From Octopus bimaculoides (Eukaryota), in the NCBI RefSeq assembly GCF_001194135.2, contig NC_068982.1:178719002-178783001 (forward strand): a stretch of DNA of 64,000 nt, in the 5' to 3' direction. Position numbers and translations under genes: made by a program. The notes below the pieces were generated by a model that was given only the letters and a program-made list of their open reading frames with translations, was not told where the DNA came from and made no database searches. This document shows positions 37,963 to 51,989 of the stretch, piece after piece; position 1 is the stretch's first letter; the number at the start of each line of letters is the position of its first letter.

Positions 37963-39319
37963 ATACACACATATATATATATACATATATACACANNNNN
38001 NNNNNNNNNNNNNNNNNNNNNNNNNNNNNNNNNNNNNNNNNNNNNNNNNNNNNNNNNNNNNNNNNNNNNNNNNNNNNNNNNNNNNNNNNNNNNNNNNNNN
38101 NNNNNNNNNNNNNNNNNNNNNNNNNNNNNNNNNNNNNNNNNNNNNNNNNNNNNNNNNNNNNNNNNNNNNNNNNNNNNNNNNNNNNNNNNNNNNNNNNNNN
38201 NNNNNNNNNNNNNNNNNNNNNNNNNNNNNNNNNNNNNNNNNNNNNNNNNNNNNNNNNNNNNTATATATATATATATATATATGTATATATACTCATATAT
38301 ACATAATATAAAATATATATGTGTGTGTGTGTCTACGTATAAACACAAACACGCATATATATATAAAATATACATACAGACATATGCATATAGACATATA
38401 TATGCTTACATATATAAATATACGCGCGCGTGTGTATATAAATTGTACATACATGCACAAATACACACACACACAGACATATATGTATACATATACATAG
38501 GGCCAGAAATGGATAAATAATTTATCAATAATGTTGTTATCAATGTATTTTGCTGTATTTGTTATTGACCATTTCATTTGAAAATATATATTTTTTTTTC
38601 TTTTGAACTTTTCCAAATAGTCCCTATTGGTAAAGGTAAGTTAGAAATGACTTTTGTAGGCGAATAATATTTTCTATTCAGTAAATATTTGAAAATAAGT
38701 TTCTTTTTTTTTTACTCATTTTCTTTCATGTTAGATTTTTCATAGTTGCGGACTCTGTAATATTAGTATCAAAAGATGTTTCTTGTATCTCTTAATAAGA
38801 TATAAACTTAGTAATATTTTCTCAAAAATTCTCTATAAAATATCGTTGTTAATGCTTGTTTCTTTACATTATTCATCTACTACCGCAGAATGTATTTCTT
38901 CAAACGTTAACAAGTATTCTCTGTTGTTGCACTTGTGGGAAATTTTCTAACTATAAGCGTTTTTTTTCATAACTTACAATTGATATATTTATGGACGGTA
39001 TTAAAGAGAAGCTTCGATAGATTTTTCTCAGATTCATATTTATAGACGTTCTTAAGATTTAAGTTCAAATAACATTTCTTTCGGGTAATTGTACTTCTAA
39101 ACAAATTTTCTCGGCGGGTACGCTATGTTGCGACAAACAGGATTTTATCATGTAGTTATTACAGTAGGAATCATTCGTAGCCAATCCTGAACTGACATCC
39201 AAGTGTTATGACTTTCATAATTTGATTGTATATTACTCTGGCTATAATTCCTGTTCAAATTCTACTATCAATAAAACACTAGAGTCGATGTAAGTAACAT
39301 GGCCACAGTATAAAAAGAG

Positions 39320-39380
<61 letters not shown>

Positions 39381-39989
39381 TGGTTTCTGTCCTTTACTCC
39401 ATACATGTCATCCATTTCACAGATTCCGTTTTGGATGCAGCATTATGTCAATTCAGGTGAGTATCTTTTTACCTTCTTATAAATGTGAATTTAGCTTCAT
39501 TTATTCTTTGAATAACTTCTACATAGCGACTTTACTGGTTTATTATTTGTTCAAGATTTTTTCATTTCTTAAATATTCTGTCTGTCTACTTCCATATTTG
39601 CTTCTTTTTGTTCTGCCTTACTACTAACCAGTGCCCTTGTGTTTTTATATCCATATGTGGACCTTATTACTTTTTTACATTCATATTAGGCCTTTCTGGT
39701 CTTTTACAATATCAGCATTTTCATCTAATTTCTCATAGTTGTCTAACAATAACGGTGTTCATAAGAACATATTGTTTATGTTCGTGACATTAAGTGGTTC
39801 CGACAATTCCTGATCTATTTTGATGGCTGCATTTTGTCTCCATTATAAATAATAACTTTAATACTCTTTATTTCTAAAGCAGATCGTTCATAAATGGGGA
39901 ACAAAAAGATGAAAAGACAAGGTAACAAATGATGCAGTACGAGTAAAGCTGATAGGTCAAAGATAGCTATTGTCGAGAGACAAGTCCAC

Positions 39990-40420
39990 GAAGCTACCAT
40001 ATTTCGAACCTATATATTCCATGTGTCGGGTGAAAAAAAAGAAAAGATTGTCGAAGAGGTTTCTGGATTGAAGGCACCAAAGAATGGACTGGAAACAAGA
40101 TACTGGCTGTTTGCATACATGTAGCACAGTACGGAGTTGATTGGAAAGCCTCTGTTGGCCGCACCCTAGATACAGCAAATAACACCCAACTAATGATACA
40201 CGCCCCCCCCCACGCACTTACATTTATTTTTCATTTATGTAATGACACACGTGCTTTTCTCTTTTCAGACTTGCCATTTTCCCTCTACCTCTTTCTGACG
40301 AAGACCTTTGCTCTTAAAATTTTTCTGACCGTCAATCACATACATTCACTGTATACGTGTTTTGACCTTTGTTTCTCTTCCTGTTTGTGTCTATATTTTT
40401 GATTTGCCTACATACATACA
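39990..40420 (+). mobile_element. Possible 3' end of another PLE with a degenerate hammerhead
   Basis: ctttCTGACGAagacctttgctc resembles the 32736 motif, with a similar pyrimidine-rich tail; only a weak GIY-YIG-like trace upstream. Confidence 0.4.
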
Positions 40421-41429
40421 TACATACATAGACATTCTACACACTTACGTATATACACATACACAAACTCACACGAGCACGTATATAAGCGAGTTGTCTT
40501 CTCACACTCCAGTATGTAATTCAAAGAAATTGGCATGCTGATTAATTTTGTACACGAAATATGTTATCATTGTTTCTCTAATTATTTGTAAAAATGAATT
40601 AATTTGATATTATACATTATGATTTATTTGTCTCTGCTTTCTATTTCTTGTTACAGACAGCGTTAGTTTCTTTTTATTTGAATTTGTTCCAAAATATGTG
40701 CATTATTTTAGGTTACCTTGCCGCCTCTTTTCTTCGCTTTTATGTTGTTTCTCTATTGTATTTTCAGAAATCACATTAAGATTTGGCTTCAATTTACAGA
40801 ACAATTATCCTCTCGATTCGTTTCTTTGAAATATCGTCTACGACTAATACATTTGAAGCATACTAATGATCTAATCAGTCCAGCCGATCTGCAGACGTAC
40901 ACATGTAACTGAATATTGAATGAGGAAGAACAAATATCCTAAACAAATTTTCTGTACGCTAGTGAATTGTCATTGTTTTCAAAATAGAAATTTTTAATAG
41001 AAATACTTTTCTACAATAAAGACTAACAAACTATCTAAAATGTTCATTGGTAAGAGATGCAGGAGCTATTGTTAATAACAAAGAATGGAGAAAAAACACC
41101 ACGTTTTTCTATTTAACAAATTTTTAGGTAGAGTGTAGCAGTATGTTACTGAACGAAAGTCATAAATAATAGTATGTCTCCAGCTGTAGAAATATAAAAG
41201 TAAACCTGTTGTATTATATTTCCTTGCAATGTTTGCACTGTTTTCTAAATTATACATTTTCAAAAATCCCTGAATAGAAAGCCATGTGTTAGCGATATTG
41301 AAACACAATTTTTAAAATTCATTATTCGAGAAAGTTTACTTTAATGTCATAGAGAGTAAAGTATCTATATTTCTACTACATCACCAGTATGCAGAAGAGA
41401 ATTTAAGAAAACGGAGACTTAATATTTGT

Positions 41430-42090
41430 CCCAAATTCTGGCACAAGGCTAACAATTTCGTGGAAGGGGTAATGCGATTACATCGACCCAATTGCTTGAC
41501 TGCTACTTATTTTATCGACCTCGATAGGACGAAAGGCAAAATCGACCTCGGCATAATTTGAACTCAGATCGTAAAGAGGACCTAATATCACTAAGCATTT
41601 TGCCCGGCATGCTAACGATTCTTATTTTTTTTATTGTCCACAAGGGGCTAAACATAGAGGGGACAAACAAGGACAGACAAAGGGATTAAGTCGATTACAT
41701 CGACCCCAGTGCGTAAGTGGTACCCAATTTATCGATCCGGAAAGGATGAAATGCAAAGTCGACCTCGGTTGAATTTGAACTCAGAACGTAACGGCAGATG
41801 AAATACCGCTAAGCATTTCGCCCGGCGTGCTAACTTTTGTGCCAGCTCACCGCCTTAACCGTAGAACTAATATCGATTTCAAATTTTGTTGCATGACCAG
41901 CAAGTTCGGGGAATGGGTAGATCGATAACACCGACCAGTGCCCAAATGACACTTACTTTATCGAACTGGAAAGGATGAAAGGCAAAAAGTCGAACTTGTC
42001 GGTATTTGAACTCAGAACTTAAAGACGGACGAAATACTGCTAAGCATATTGCCCTGCGTGCTCACGATTCTGCCATCTCGCCGCCTTAAA
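41430..42090 (-). mobile_element. Three tandem copies of the dominant SINE
   Basis: Three successive gattacatcgaccc...ttatcgac...gaactcagaa...gccagctc/gccatctcgccgcctt units at about 41430, 41640 and 41870. Confidence 0.88.
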
Positions 42091-43193
42091 CTTGAACTAA
42101 TATTGACAGTACATATTAATCGAACGCTTTATTGCGTAAAATGGTTGATATATCTTTTACCCATCTAGGGTTGCGAAATTACGACTCACTATATACTCGA
42201 GTTGATTCAATTGTTAATATCCTATTTGTATAAATATGTGGTCTGCTATCAATGGGGAAGAAAATCAATATTTAATATCTATAGAATATTTCGTCATTAT
42301 CAGTGTCCCATTGTGTCACATAAAACACCGTTTTTCATAGAGAATATGAGATTTCGTTGTAGATATACCCAGATAGATATCGATCATTAAAATCCCTATT
42401 CTAGAGTTGCATCACCAATAAAGTTCAAGAGTCACAATAGTTGAATTTTGCAAATACATGTTGAGAAGAAAGAAGAAATATGTCAAGAACTTGTTATTCA
42501 ATATGAACATTAAATAGAATTGTTCAGTGTGACATCTTGTCACTTTTAAAAAGCGTGATTCATTGTATTCTGACACGACACGTATTCTCTGAGATTTCCA
42601 AATCCTGACATGGTTTTGAAAATAGATATAGCTCATATTTCATGTCAAATCATCCACTGAAGTTTATATTCCACGGAGATTCATCTGCTTTCATCCCTTT
42701 TAGTTACAAACATCTAAGAAATCCTTAAGCATCACACTGGCAAAATCAAAACTACAATGAATTGTAATATCTTTTCATGTGCATTTTTATTGACGTCTCT
42801 TATTATGGGTTATGGCAGTGGCTGTTGAATTGGAAATGTGACAAATAAAATACCTCATAGAAGTTTACGTTACGTGTTCAAGTCTTGCCAGGGTGTAATA
42901 TTCTTTCCACCTTTAGAGCAAAATGAAATACAGTTCAAGTCACACACTGCGTCTCTATATTCGATTTTTCCCACAGCAGAAGACAGAGTTCTTGTCCCAG
43001 CGTGAAGATACATCATATTATTAGTGCACTAACTACTGCATTATGGCATTCGAAACCAGAGTAAATATTTATCTACAAACATTACTTTCTGCAATGTGTT
43101 TACACCACACAAGTATGCATTTATCTGAAAACCACAAATATTCTACATATTTGGCAATTACTCCCAGGATCTTGTTGTTTTAATGATGTGAAA

Positions 43194-43410
43194 GACGGCG
43201 AGCTGGCAGAATCGTTAGCACGCTGGACGAAATGCTTAGCGGTATTTTTCCCGTCGCTACGTTCTCAGTTCAAATTTCGCCGAGGTTAACTTTACCTTCC
43301 ATCCTTTCGGGGTCGATAAATTAAATACCAGTGAAATACTGACGTCAATGTAATCGACTAGTTCCATCCTCCAGAATTTCAAACCTTGTGCCTTTAATAG
43401 AAAGATTATT
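43194..43410 (+). mobile_element. Dominant SINE copy
   Basis: gacggcgagctggcagaatcgttagcacgctggacgaaatgcttagcgg...aatgtaatcgact. Confidence 0.88.
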
Positions 43411-44429
43411 TTAATGATGTGAATTGCGTTGGTATGGATATTTGGAGATAGCTTTTTAGAGGCCCCTGTATTAGTGCATACCTTTAGGATCCCCTCCTCG
43501 TCTTTCTGTATACATCAATATAGTCTGTTTTTGATGTCATATTAAGTTTAATATTCTTTCTATACACCAACAACATGCTGCAGTACACTCTCGTTGATAA
43601 TACATGTTATAGACTGAAAAAATGTTTCGGTTGACGATGAGTAGAGAAATGCACGAAATAATATGAAATCTAAGTTTGGGACCAAATATAATCTCATGCG
43701 TCTAAGATATATATAAAAAAAACTCATTATGGAAATATTCCATTCTCATTAATACAATATGAATGCTATTATCTACGAGTGCATGTGACGAAAATTTATG
43801 AAAAATACTAGAAATACACAAGCATTTGTGTTGGAGGTACAAATTTAGAGCAAAGTAGATTGGAATCTGATCATATAGAAGTATATTTGTTATTAATGTA
43901 ACCAGCAAAATTTTGAAGCTCCCCAATTTCTGTAACTGCAGATATAAACTTAACTTCTATAAATCTGCCAATCATTTCTAGTTTCTATCAATTGAATTCG
44001 AATCAATAATAACAGAGAAAAATGCTGTTGTAGAGTAAAAGTTTTGACAAAAAGTATTGAAATAAAATAAAAGTAATAGTTGAATAATACAGAATCCTAA
44101 TATATATAATAGAATGCCTTCAAATCAATATAGTTTGTGTTTTAATGGTTTCTGATTGTGTTAAGAGATACGTAGAATTATTATGGATCGATGTGGTTCT
44201 AAACCTATCTGGCGTACCGAATTTAAAAAAAAAATGATATTGTTTATCTTGATCACACACGCAATTGAAGCTATGAATAAGCTATTGTTTTCGCATTTTG
44301 GCATTTCTTTATTTTATTTGAACAGTTGTTCCATTAATTTATAACATGAGAAAAAAAACGAGTTTCAATCTATATATATCTTAAATACTATATACATTAG
44401 CAGGTTCGAATCATACAATTTATTTTTGT

Positions 44430-45900
44430 AGAGTTCAGGTATTTTCATATCTTATCATATAGCCACCGGATTCTCGATGTTACAACTATAGTCCAGACGT
44501 ATTTTGTTACACATGTGCTGTTTTTGTTGCTAAAATCAAAGCAAATATATAATATTCTTTGTTGTTAGAGTTTATCGTGATTATATCAGAATAAATTTAA
44601 ACAACCAAGTCAAAATTTGGGTTGTTTTAGAAAATTTATGTCCTATGTATGCTACAACATTGTGAAATGGGGATCATAGTAAAAAGAGAGTTTAGCTTTT
44701 GGGATTTAACATTATATCTGCTCAAGAAATGTTCAATGAAGAAAGTATTCAGAACAGAAATCTGATTTCAGTTATCAGGCTCAATCCCTGTAATTCGGCC
44801 ATTCTTGTCAACCTGACTAATTCAGATCCAAAATTAGACAACGACTTTGTTTTCGAAGTGAGAGAATAGAAACTAACCCATTTAATGAAGCTGAACTGAA
44901 CACTTCAGCTATGGATGTAAATCTATCCGAGAATTCCATAAAGCTTCTAAGTGATCTTCTCTATAAGAGAACAAATAATTGGTATTCGGTATAACCTTGT
45001 TTTGGTAAAGAAAGTGCAAGAAAGTTATTGAATCATTCATTGTAAAAGATTATATCTGAATATTTTGAAAAGACATTTCAGGATTGGTGTGTGCAAGCCA
45101 GGCATCGAAAACCGAACTAATAACTGAAGGTTGCTTATTGATTTTTCGATGTCGTGAAGGAGTGTTACTTCATTATTGTTTTGTATATATGGCAATACTC
45201 GTAGCTCATTTTGTTGAAAAGAAACTTATAAAAATCTTTTAAAATCTGCTAGAAATAAATATACACATTTGATTGTCACTTGCCTAGCAATCAGAGTACA
45301 CCGAAAAGCATTGATGGAGAAGAAAATTGGGTCTCAGAAAGAATCCTGATTCGAAGGCTATTTTATATGACCATCTAAGTAGAATCAAGATGTTTCTACT
45401 ACCATTGCATATCATATTGATTTGCTAAAGTGATATGTAATAGCACTGAACATAGATGTTATGGACTTCATTTATTTATATAACAGGTATTCATTAGAAA
45501 ATAAAGCGAGGTTTTGTTTTTATTGGGCTGTGACGAGATTACGGCTAGATGATGAATTTCTCACAAATTTCAAAAGTAAAAAAAAAAAATTAGAAAATAG
45601 AAACGAAGTGTATGCTTTCATTTTGGGGAAAGTATGAAATTCTTGTGAGAAATGTTTCAGTGTCTTGCCATATATTACGAAAGGGAATGATGACTCCATA
45701 TTTTCACATACACACCAATTCTTCGACAAATTATAGTAAAAATAAATGGTGAAAATATTCCAAAATATATCAAAATTACAGACATATGATACCATAGCCT
45801 ATGTCACTATTACAAGAGGAACAGATTTCTAATGTTTGTAATGAGATCTGCCTAATGTACAAAGTAAGAACTCATTTCCAAAGAATGGATTTGTATTAAT
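44430..45900 (+). pseudogene. Fossil DNA-transposon transposase (Sola3-like assignment tentative)
   Basis: Collinear decayed motifs NYSPDVFCYTC, SIPVIRPF, PFNEAELN, *RLLIDFS, GVLLHYCFVYMAILVAHFV, KETYKNL and FLLPLHI match a family with NSPDxFCYIC / WRLFIDSS-SLKxVLLH / LPPLHIKLG. Superfamily name is recalled, not verified. Confidence 0.7.
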
Positions 45901-46312
45901 GCATAGATAACTTCATTTTCCCAATATCAATATTTAAGTTATATGCGCTTTTCTGAAACTAAAGGAAAAAAATTGTTTCTATCTTTTTCTTCCTATCCTT
46001 GGAAAATATCTCACACTTAGATATAATACCAGTCATTCTCAATTTTCAATAGTAATAATGAATTTAAAGCAATTACAATAATATAAAATATATAAATTAC
46101 ATTGCTCACTATACTATAAATCTCATTAGGATGTTTCTATAAACTGAGTATTCATTACCTTTCCTGTTGGTGAACTGCAATAAATGTTTTCAACGCTTCA
46201 TCCCCTTTTTAGTGCATTTGTGACTGTGAACATGAGATGGGTCTAAACGACCGGTTGTCTGTTTTCTCAACATTATTGGCAACTTTCAGTAGCACACACG
46301 CACAAACACACA

Positions 46313-46376
<64 letters not shown>

Positions 46377-46386
46377 GTCTGTCTGC

Positions 46387-46437
<51 letters not shown>

Positions 46438-47113
46438 CCTACCTAGAAAAAGGTTCTTCCCAAAAAAGGTTAGTAACTTCCTAATAAAAAAAATTCATGA
46501 ATCTTGTTTGCTTGCTTGCAATGTTACCCACCTAAACTGGCGCATAATGGGAAACTTCTATGAATTAAGTTGTCCCTGAAATATAAATAGGAACGGAATA
46601 AACCATTTTCGAGTAAATCAGACAACTGGTTATTGAGATATTAGGGATTTTCAGGATATAAATGCCTAAAACGGTGCATAATGGGAAAATTCTCCGAAAA
46701 TAACTTAACCCTGAAAGGGAAGAAATTCTCACCTTTCGATTAAACACAGTGACTTGACAAAGAAAAAATACGATTTGTTTTTCACAGTAAACGTTTCTGT
46801 TTTCTCTTTTGTTAAACAATATTTTAACCATTTCGAAATATTTTTAAGTGAATGTAATTTCAAAAATGCAAGTTGTTTGTACAGTAAGTATTTATATTTT
46901 AGCTTTCTTTAAACAGACAATATTCTAATGTTTTTATAATTATTTTCAAGTGAGTGCCATTACAAATTTTTTTTCATATTTAAAAAGAAATTTTAATGGG
47001 AAAATGACTTTAAAAATACAGTAAATATTTTGTAAAAGACCCGTTCGTAACCCCGGTATAAAATCATTTGTTTCCATAGGTCTTTTCGAGTGCATTCAAT
47101 GTATCTCACCTCC

Positions 47114-47202
47114 AAAGATTTGGCTACTATTTCTAGCACGCCCTGCTAACTAATACCTGTTACGTGGTAGCAGGGCGTGCAAGAAATAATAGTCAAATCT
47201 TT
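47114..47202. other. 89-nt near-perfect hairpin (33-bp stem, two mismatches, 19-nt loop)
   Basis: AAAGATTTGGCTA-c-TATTTCT-a-GCACGCCCTGCTA-loop-TAGCAGGGCGTGC-a-AGAAATA-a-TAGTCAAATCTTT; one G-U pair on the plus strand. Confidence 0.9.
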
Positions 47203-47358
47203 CCTTTTCTGGGGAAAGGAGCTGTTTACGCGTGATTTCGATTTCACATTCTTTGAAAGCATGCGAAGTAACCGGAAAAAAGAAAAAAAGAAACACGAAT
47301 GAAAACTCTGTTGCTGGGATTCTCAGACTTCCCCGGTGACCCAACGGGTTGTCTAGTA

Positions 47359-47389
<31 letters not shown>

Positions 47390-47718
47390 NNNNNNNNNNN
47401 NNNNNNNNNNNNNNNNNNNNNNNNNNNNNNNNNNNNNNNNNNNNNNNNNNNNNNNNNNNNNNNNNNNNNNNNNNNNNNNNNNNNNNNNNNNNNNNNNNNN
47501 NNNNNNNNNNNNNNNNNNNNNNNNNNNNNNNNNNNNNNNNNNNNNNNNNNNNNNNNNNNNNNNNNNNNNNNNNNNNNNNNNNNNNNNNNNNNNNNNNNNN
47601 NNNNNNNNNNNNNNNNNNNNNNNNNNNNNNNNNNNNNNNNNNNNNNNNNNATATATTTGTACTCTTTCACACAAACACACACGCACGCACACATTTCTGC
47701 ACACACACACACACATTT

Positions 47719-47760
<42 letters not shown>

Positions 47761-48078
47761 GTTCATACACATGCACGTACATTACAAACACGTATAATCA
47801 CATGCGCATATTGAGATAGGTAGAGAATGAAAGGGATGGAGAGAGAGAGACAGAGAAAAAAAGAGAGTGTGAGAAAGGTAATCGTGCTTTGCAAAATTTT
47901 ATTGAACAACGTTTTTGTCAATTTGCCCAAAATGCTGCGTAGTTATCGTGTATTTGCGAAGTGAACATATTTACAACATATCCATTTCTGAGTACATTGT
48001 ATGTTTCGTAGATATTTCTATGATAGACAGATAGACAAATCAGTCCGCAATTCATTGAAATCAAATAAATTAATCATA

Positions 48079-48114
<36 letters not shown>

Positions 48115-48206
48115 TTCATATATGCGATCAGGAAATATTGTTTACCTATCTATGTATCTATCTATGTATCTATCTATGTATGTATGTATGTATGTATGTA
48201 TGTATG

Positions 48207-48247
<41 letters not shown>

Positions 48248-48457
48248 NNNNNNNNNNNNNNNNNNNNNNNNNNNNNNNNNNNNNNNNNNNNNNNNNNNNN
48301 NNNNNNNNNNNNNNNNNNNNNNNNNNNNNNNNNNNNNNNNNNNNNNNNNNNNNNNNNNNNNNNNNNNNNATTCTTCATATATGCGATCAGGAAATATTGT
48401 TTACCTATGTATGTATGTATGTATGTATGTATGTATGTATGTATGTATGTATGTATG

Positions 48458-48498
<41 letters not shown>

Positions 48499-48853
48499 GT
48501 CTGTCTGTCTGTCTGCCTCCCGTGTGTCTATTCATGTGTCTCTCTGTCAGTCTGTCTATATGTCTGTGTAATTCTTTTTGTTACGTCCATTTTATATCTC
48601 CTTTTAAGCATCTATTGCCTCATGCAATAAGTTCCATCGACGAAGGTATTAATATTGAAAATGGTTCAGGTAAGTCTAAACACAACAGGTATCAATTTGT
48701 ATACGTGAATCATATTAATATAATATTGATCTTATAAAACAAACTTTCATCTGATCTATCAGCAATTATATATGTTTATGTATATGTATTTATCTCTCAC
48801 CTGATGGAGTAATTTTTTGTTGATTTTCATATCACGGAAGAGTACATTATATA

Positions 48854-48904
<51 letters not shown>

Positions 48905-49530
48905 CTGTGTTCGTGCGTGCGTGTGTGTGTGTATTATATCTACCGTTTTTCTTTCTATCTACATATCTATCTATCTACCTATCTGTCTGTCTGTCTCTCT
49001 GTTTGTCTATGTATCTTATAAAAGCACATGTTCACCATTTTCGCAGAATGTGCTGGTAAGCTATTGTATTAACTCTTGTATCTCACTGGTAATTATCGCA
49101 GTGATCTCGAATCATGAGTGAATTAAAGAAAATTTTAATATTTCTGATTTGACAAAAAATAAGCAAACCCCCACCTCGGACAAACTACTCTGGCAAGGAA
49201 AACAATATCAAGTGAAAGCTATCTTAGAATCAGTTGCTGCAAGATTAACAAAAACAGAGATTATCAAAAGATAAAGATTCATAAAAAATACACTATTCTG
49301 AACATACATTACAAATAGACCCAACAAGACCTAATAAAACACCACAAAAATGGGTCGAAAAATTGAAAGAGAGCAGCGATAGTTAAATTAAATTCATCTC
49401 TGGATATTTCCATTCCATCAAAAACTAAGTATACATATATATGTAGGCAGTTGTCCTTCGTTCCTGAGACATATACACATGTACGCATAAATGTGTATAT
49501 ACATACATGAATGTGCAGCTATGTGGTGGA

Positions 49531-49561
<31 letters not shown>

Positions 49562-49645
49562 TGTATGTATGTATGTATGTATGTATGTATATATATATGT
49601 GTGTATATATATATATATATGTATGAATATATATATGTATGTATG

Positions 49646-49681
<36 letters not shown>

Positions 49682-49883
49682 NNNNNNNNNNNNNNNNNNN
49701 NNNNNNNNNNNNNNNNNNNNNNNNNNNNNNNNNNNNNNNNNNNNNNNNNNNNNNNNNNNNNNNNNNNNNNNNNNNNNNNNNNNNNNNNNNNNNNNNNNNN
49801 NNNNNNNNNNNNNNNNNNNNNNNNNNNNNNNNNNNNNNNNNNNNNNNNNNNNNNNNNNNNNNNNNNNNNNNNNNNNNNNNNNN

Positions 49884-49922
<39 letters not shown>

Positions 49923-51989
49923 GGAGCTGTATAATCAATATATAGCTAATATATATAGTGTGTGGGTCAACCGCGTCAGGTAGGTACAAGGTTTTGGTTG
50001 TCGCCATGTATTTCCTTCAACTATTGGTTATATCTCATAATAGAAACAACATACGTCATAGTTCGCATATGAAAGCTGTGTAGCTGCTGTTTCTTACATG
50101 AGAGGAGATTTTTACTTGAATTTGAACTCATCCAGCATGAAAACAGTTTGCAATTTGTCATATTTGTTACTGGATAAGAAACATTTCTGTTATTATTAAG
50201 GTTGATAATATATATATATATATATAATTTCTTTTTCTTGCTTGTTTTCGTTGTAATATATAATGTATAACAAAGATAATGCACATGCAAGTTATTGAAA
50301 TATATATCTTAACGATGGAAAAGTCTGAAGATGAATGAATTCTTCACACTAAAACTTCGAGAAAGAAATAGACATTGTCATTAATTCATGAATCTGGCAC
50401 AAATACCAATTTATTTTAAAGTAAATAAACGATACATAAATTATCCAAGAATAATCATCAGATGCTGTACATAAAAATATGCATTTAAACTTCTTTTTTA
50501 GTGTAATAAATTTGATGGCAAATGAAGATGATTATTGAATGAAACGTTGTATTGACGAAATATCGTTTGAAGTTATTTGAAATATCAGATAGGTGCAGCA
50601 ACACAGAAAACTGAATATCTTTTAAGAATAACATTCTGGTAGATTATGATATGGTCGATTAAATAGATTACGGCTATTATCTTCTCAGCAAGAGGATTCA
50701 GTGTACATAAGTTTTAATATTAAAAGACGCTGCCTTGTGATATGCAATAAATCAAACTAATGCATATCAGGGAAGCACCCCTGCCACTGAACGTGGTTTG
50801 TATTAAATATTATCAGGATTGTACTGCCAGACAAAGCGTGTGGTTATTACAAGCCTAATATTAAATCGAAACGTATGTTTTCTATATTTAATAACGTGTT
50901 TCCCTTTATTTATTCAATATCTTGTTCAGTGCCTCCATACGTTCCTATACGCCTCTGTTTTGCAGAATGATATTAAAACAAGATTATAGTATAACATTTC
51001 TTGATTTGAGATTACACGTGACAGAATACTCATAGATGATGAGTAATAGTTTTTCTCTTATTAATCCTTTATAAGGAGCTTACGTTGCATATCTTCTATA
51101 TGTTGATTGCTATATACTTCTTTTTTAAAACCCTAAAGTAAGAAGAAATAATCAGTTAAGAATGTATCAAATTCATCAGTATATGCTCACATTAATCTAT
51201 AGCCAGAGGAATTTTGATGAAACATATTTAATAGTTTAAATATTCTCAAACCTTGAAATATTGATACAGCAATTTAGTTTTCATTGATATTTTAAAATTT
51301 AATACGTTAAGTAGTTAGGGACAAAATAGCTATGTTAGCTCAAAGCAGTTGATATTTTATTTGTATGTAATTTTTTAACGGAATAGGGAAAACTAAGTTA
51401 TACAGCTGTTTCAGAAGGGAACGTTTTGTAAAAAGCAGAGAGCAATGAAAAGAACGCCCGTTGAATCTGTTTAAGAGGTTTGAGCTCATAGGTTAACACT
51501 TACAAAGAAATATTATCTATGTATTAAATGCTGCGGGAATCAAAAGTAGAGAAGTTAATCATCAAACAAATGCTTTTTAAGTGTAAGTTTTTGTCACTGT
51601 CCACTAAGTGTGAAGTAACCAGCAACAAAAAAATCCTCTAGCAACCACTTCGTATGTTGCGAAATAACCCCCCCACACACACACACGCACACACACACGC
51701 ACACACACACACGCACACACACACACGCACACACACACACACAAAGAAATANNNNNNNNNNCACACACACACGCACACACACACACGCACACACACACAC
51801 AAAGAAATAAAATCTAGTGTAGTAGGAATGATGAAATGATCAACTCTAGATTTGAATGAATTAGTATCTTATTAATATCGGAAACAAGACGGGAGAGAAA
51901 TTATTAAATAGCAGTTTTTCCCATAGAAGGGACAGCTATAGCGAAAGGAGGGCAATTTGCAGGAAACCGAGTCATTCAATTAGTAATCT

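Noticed and set aside
38820-39800. Possible decayed PLE RT on the minus strand
   Set aside because: Only one or two weak peptide fragments (LDNYEKLDENAD).
47330-47357. Helitron-like 3' end (cccg...cggg hairpin, then CTAG followed by T)
   Set aside because: The stem is only 4 bp and only 4 nt from CTAG; no matching 5' end was recognised.
48110-48500. Direct duplication on both sides of an N gap (attcttcatatatgcgatcaggaaatattg); similar case at about 27070-27200
   Set aside because: Identical sequence flanking a gap is typical of unmerged overlapping contig ends, so it is an assembly artefact.
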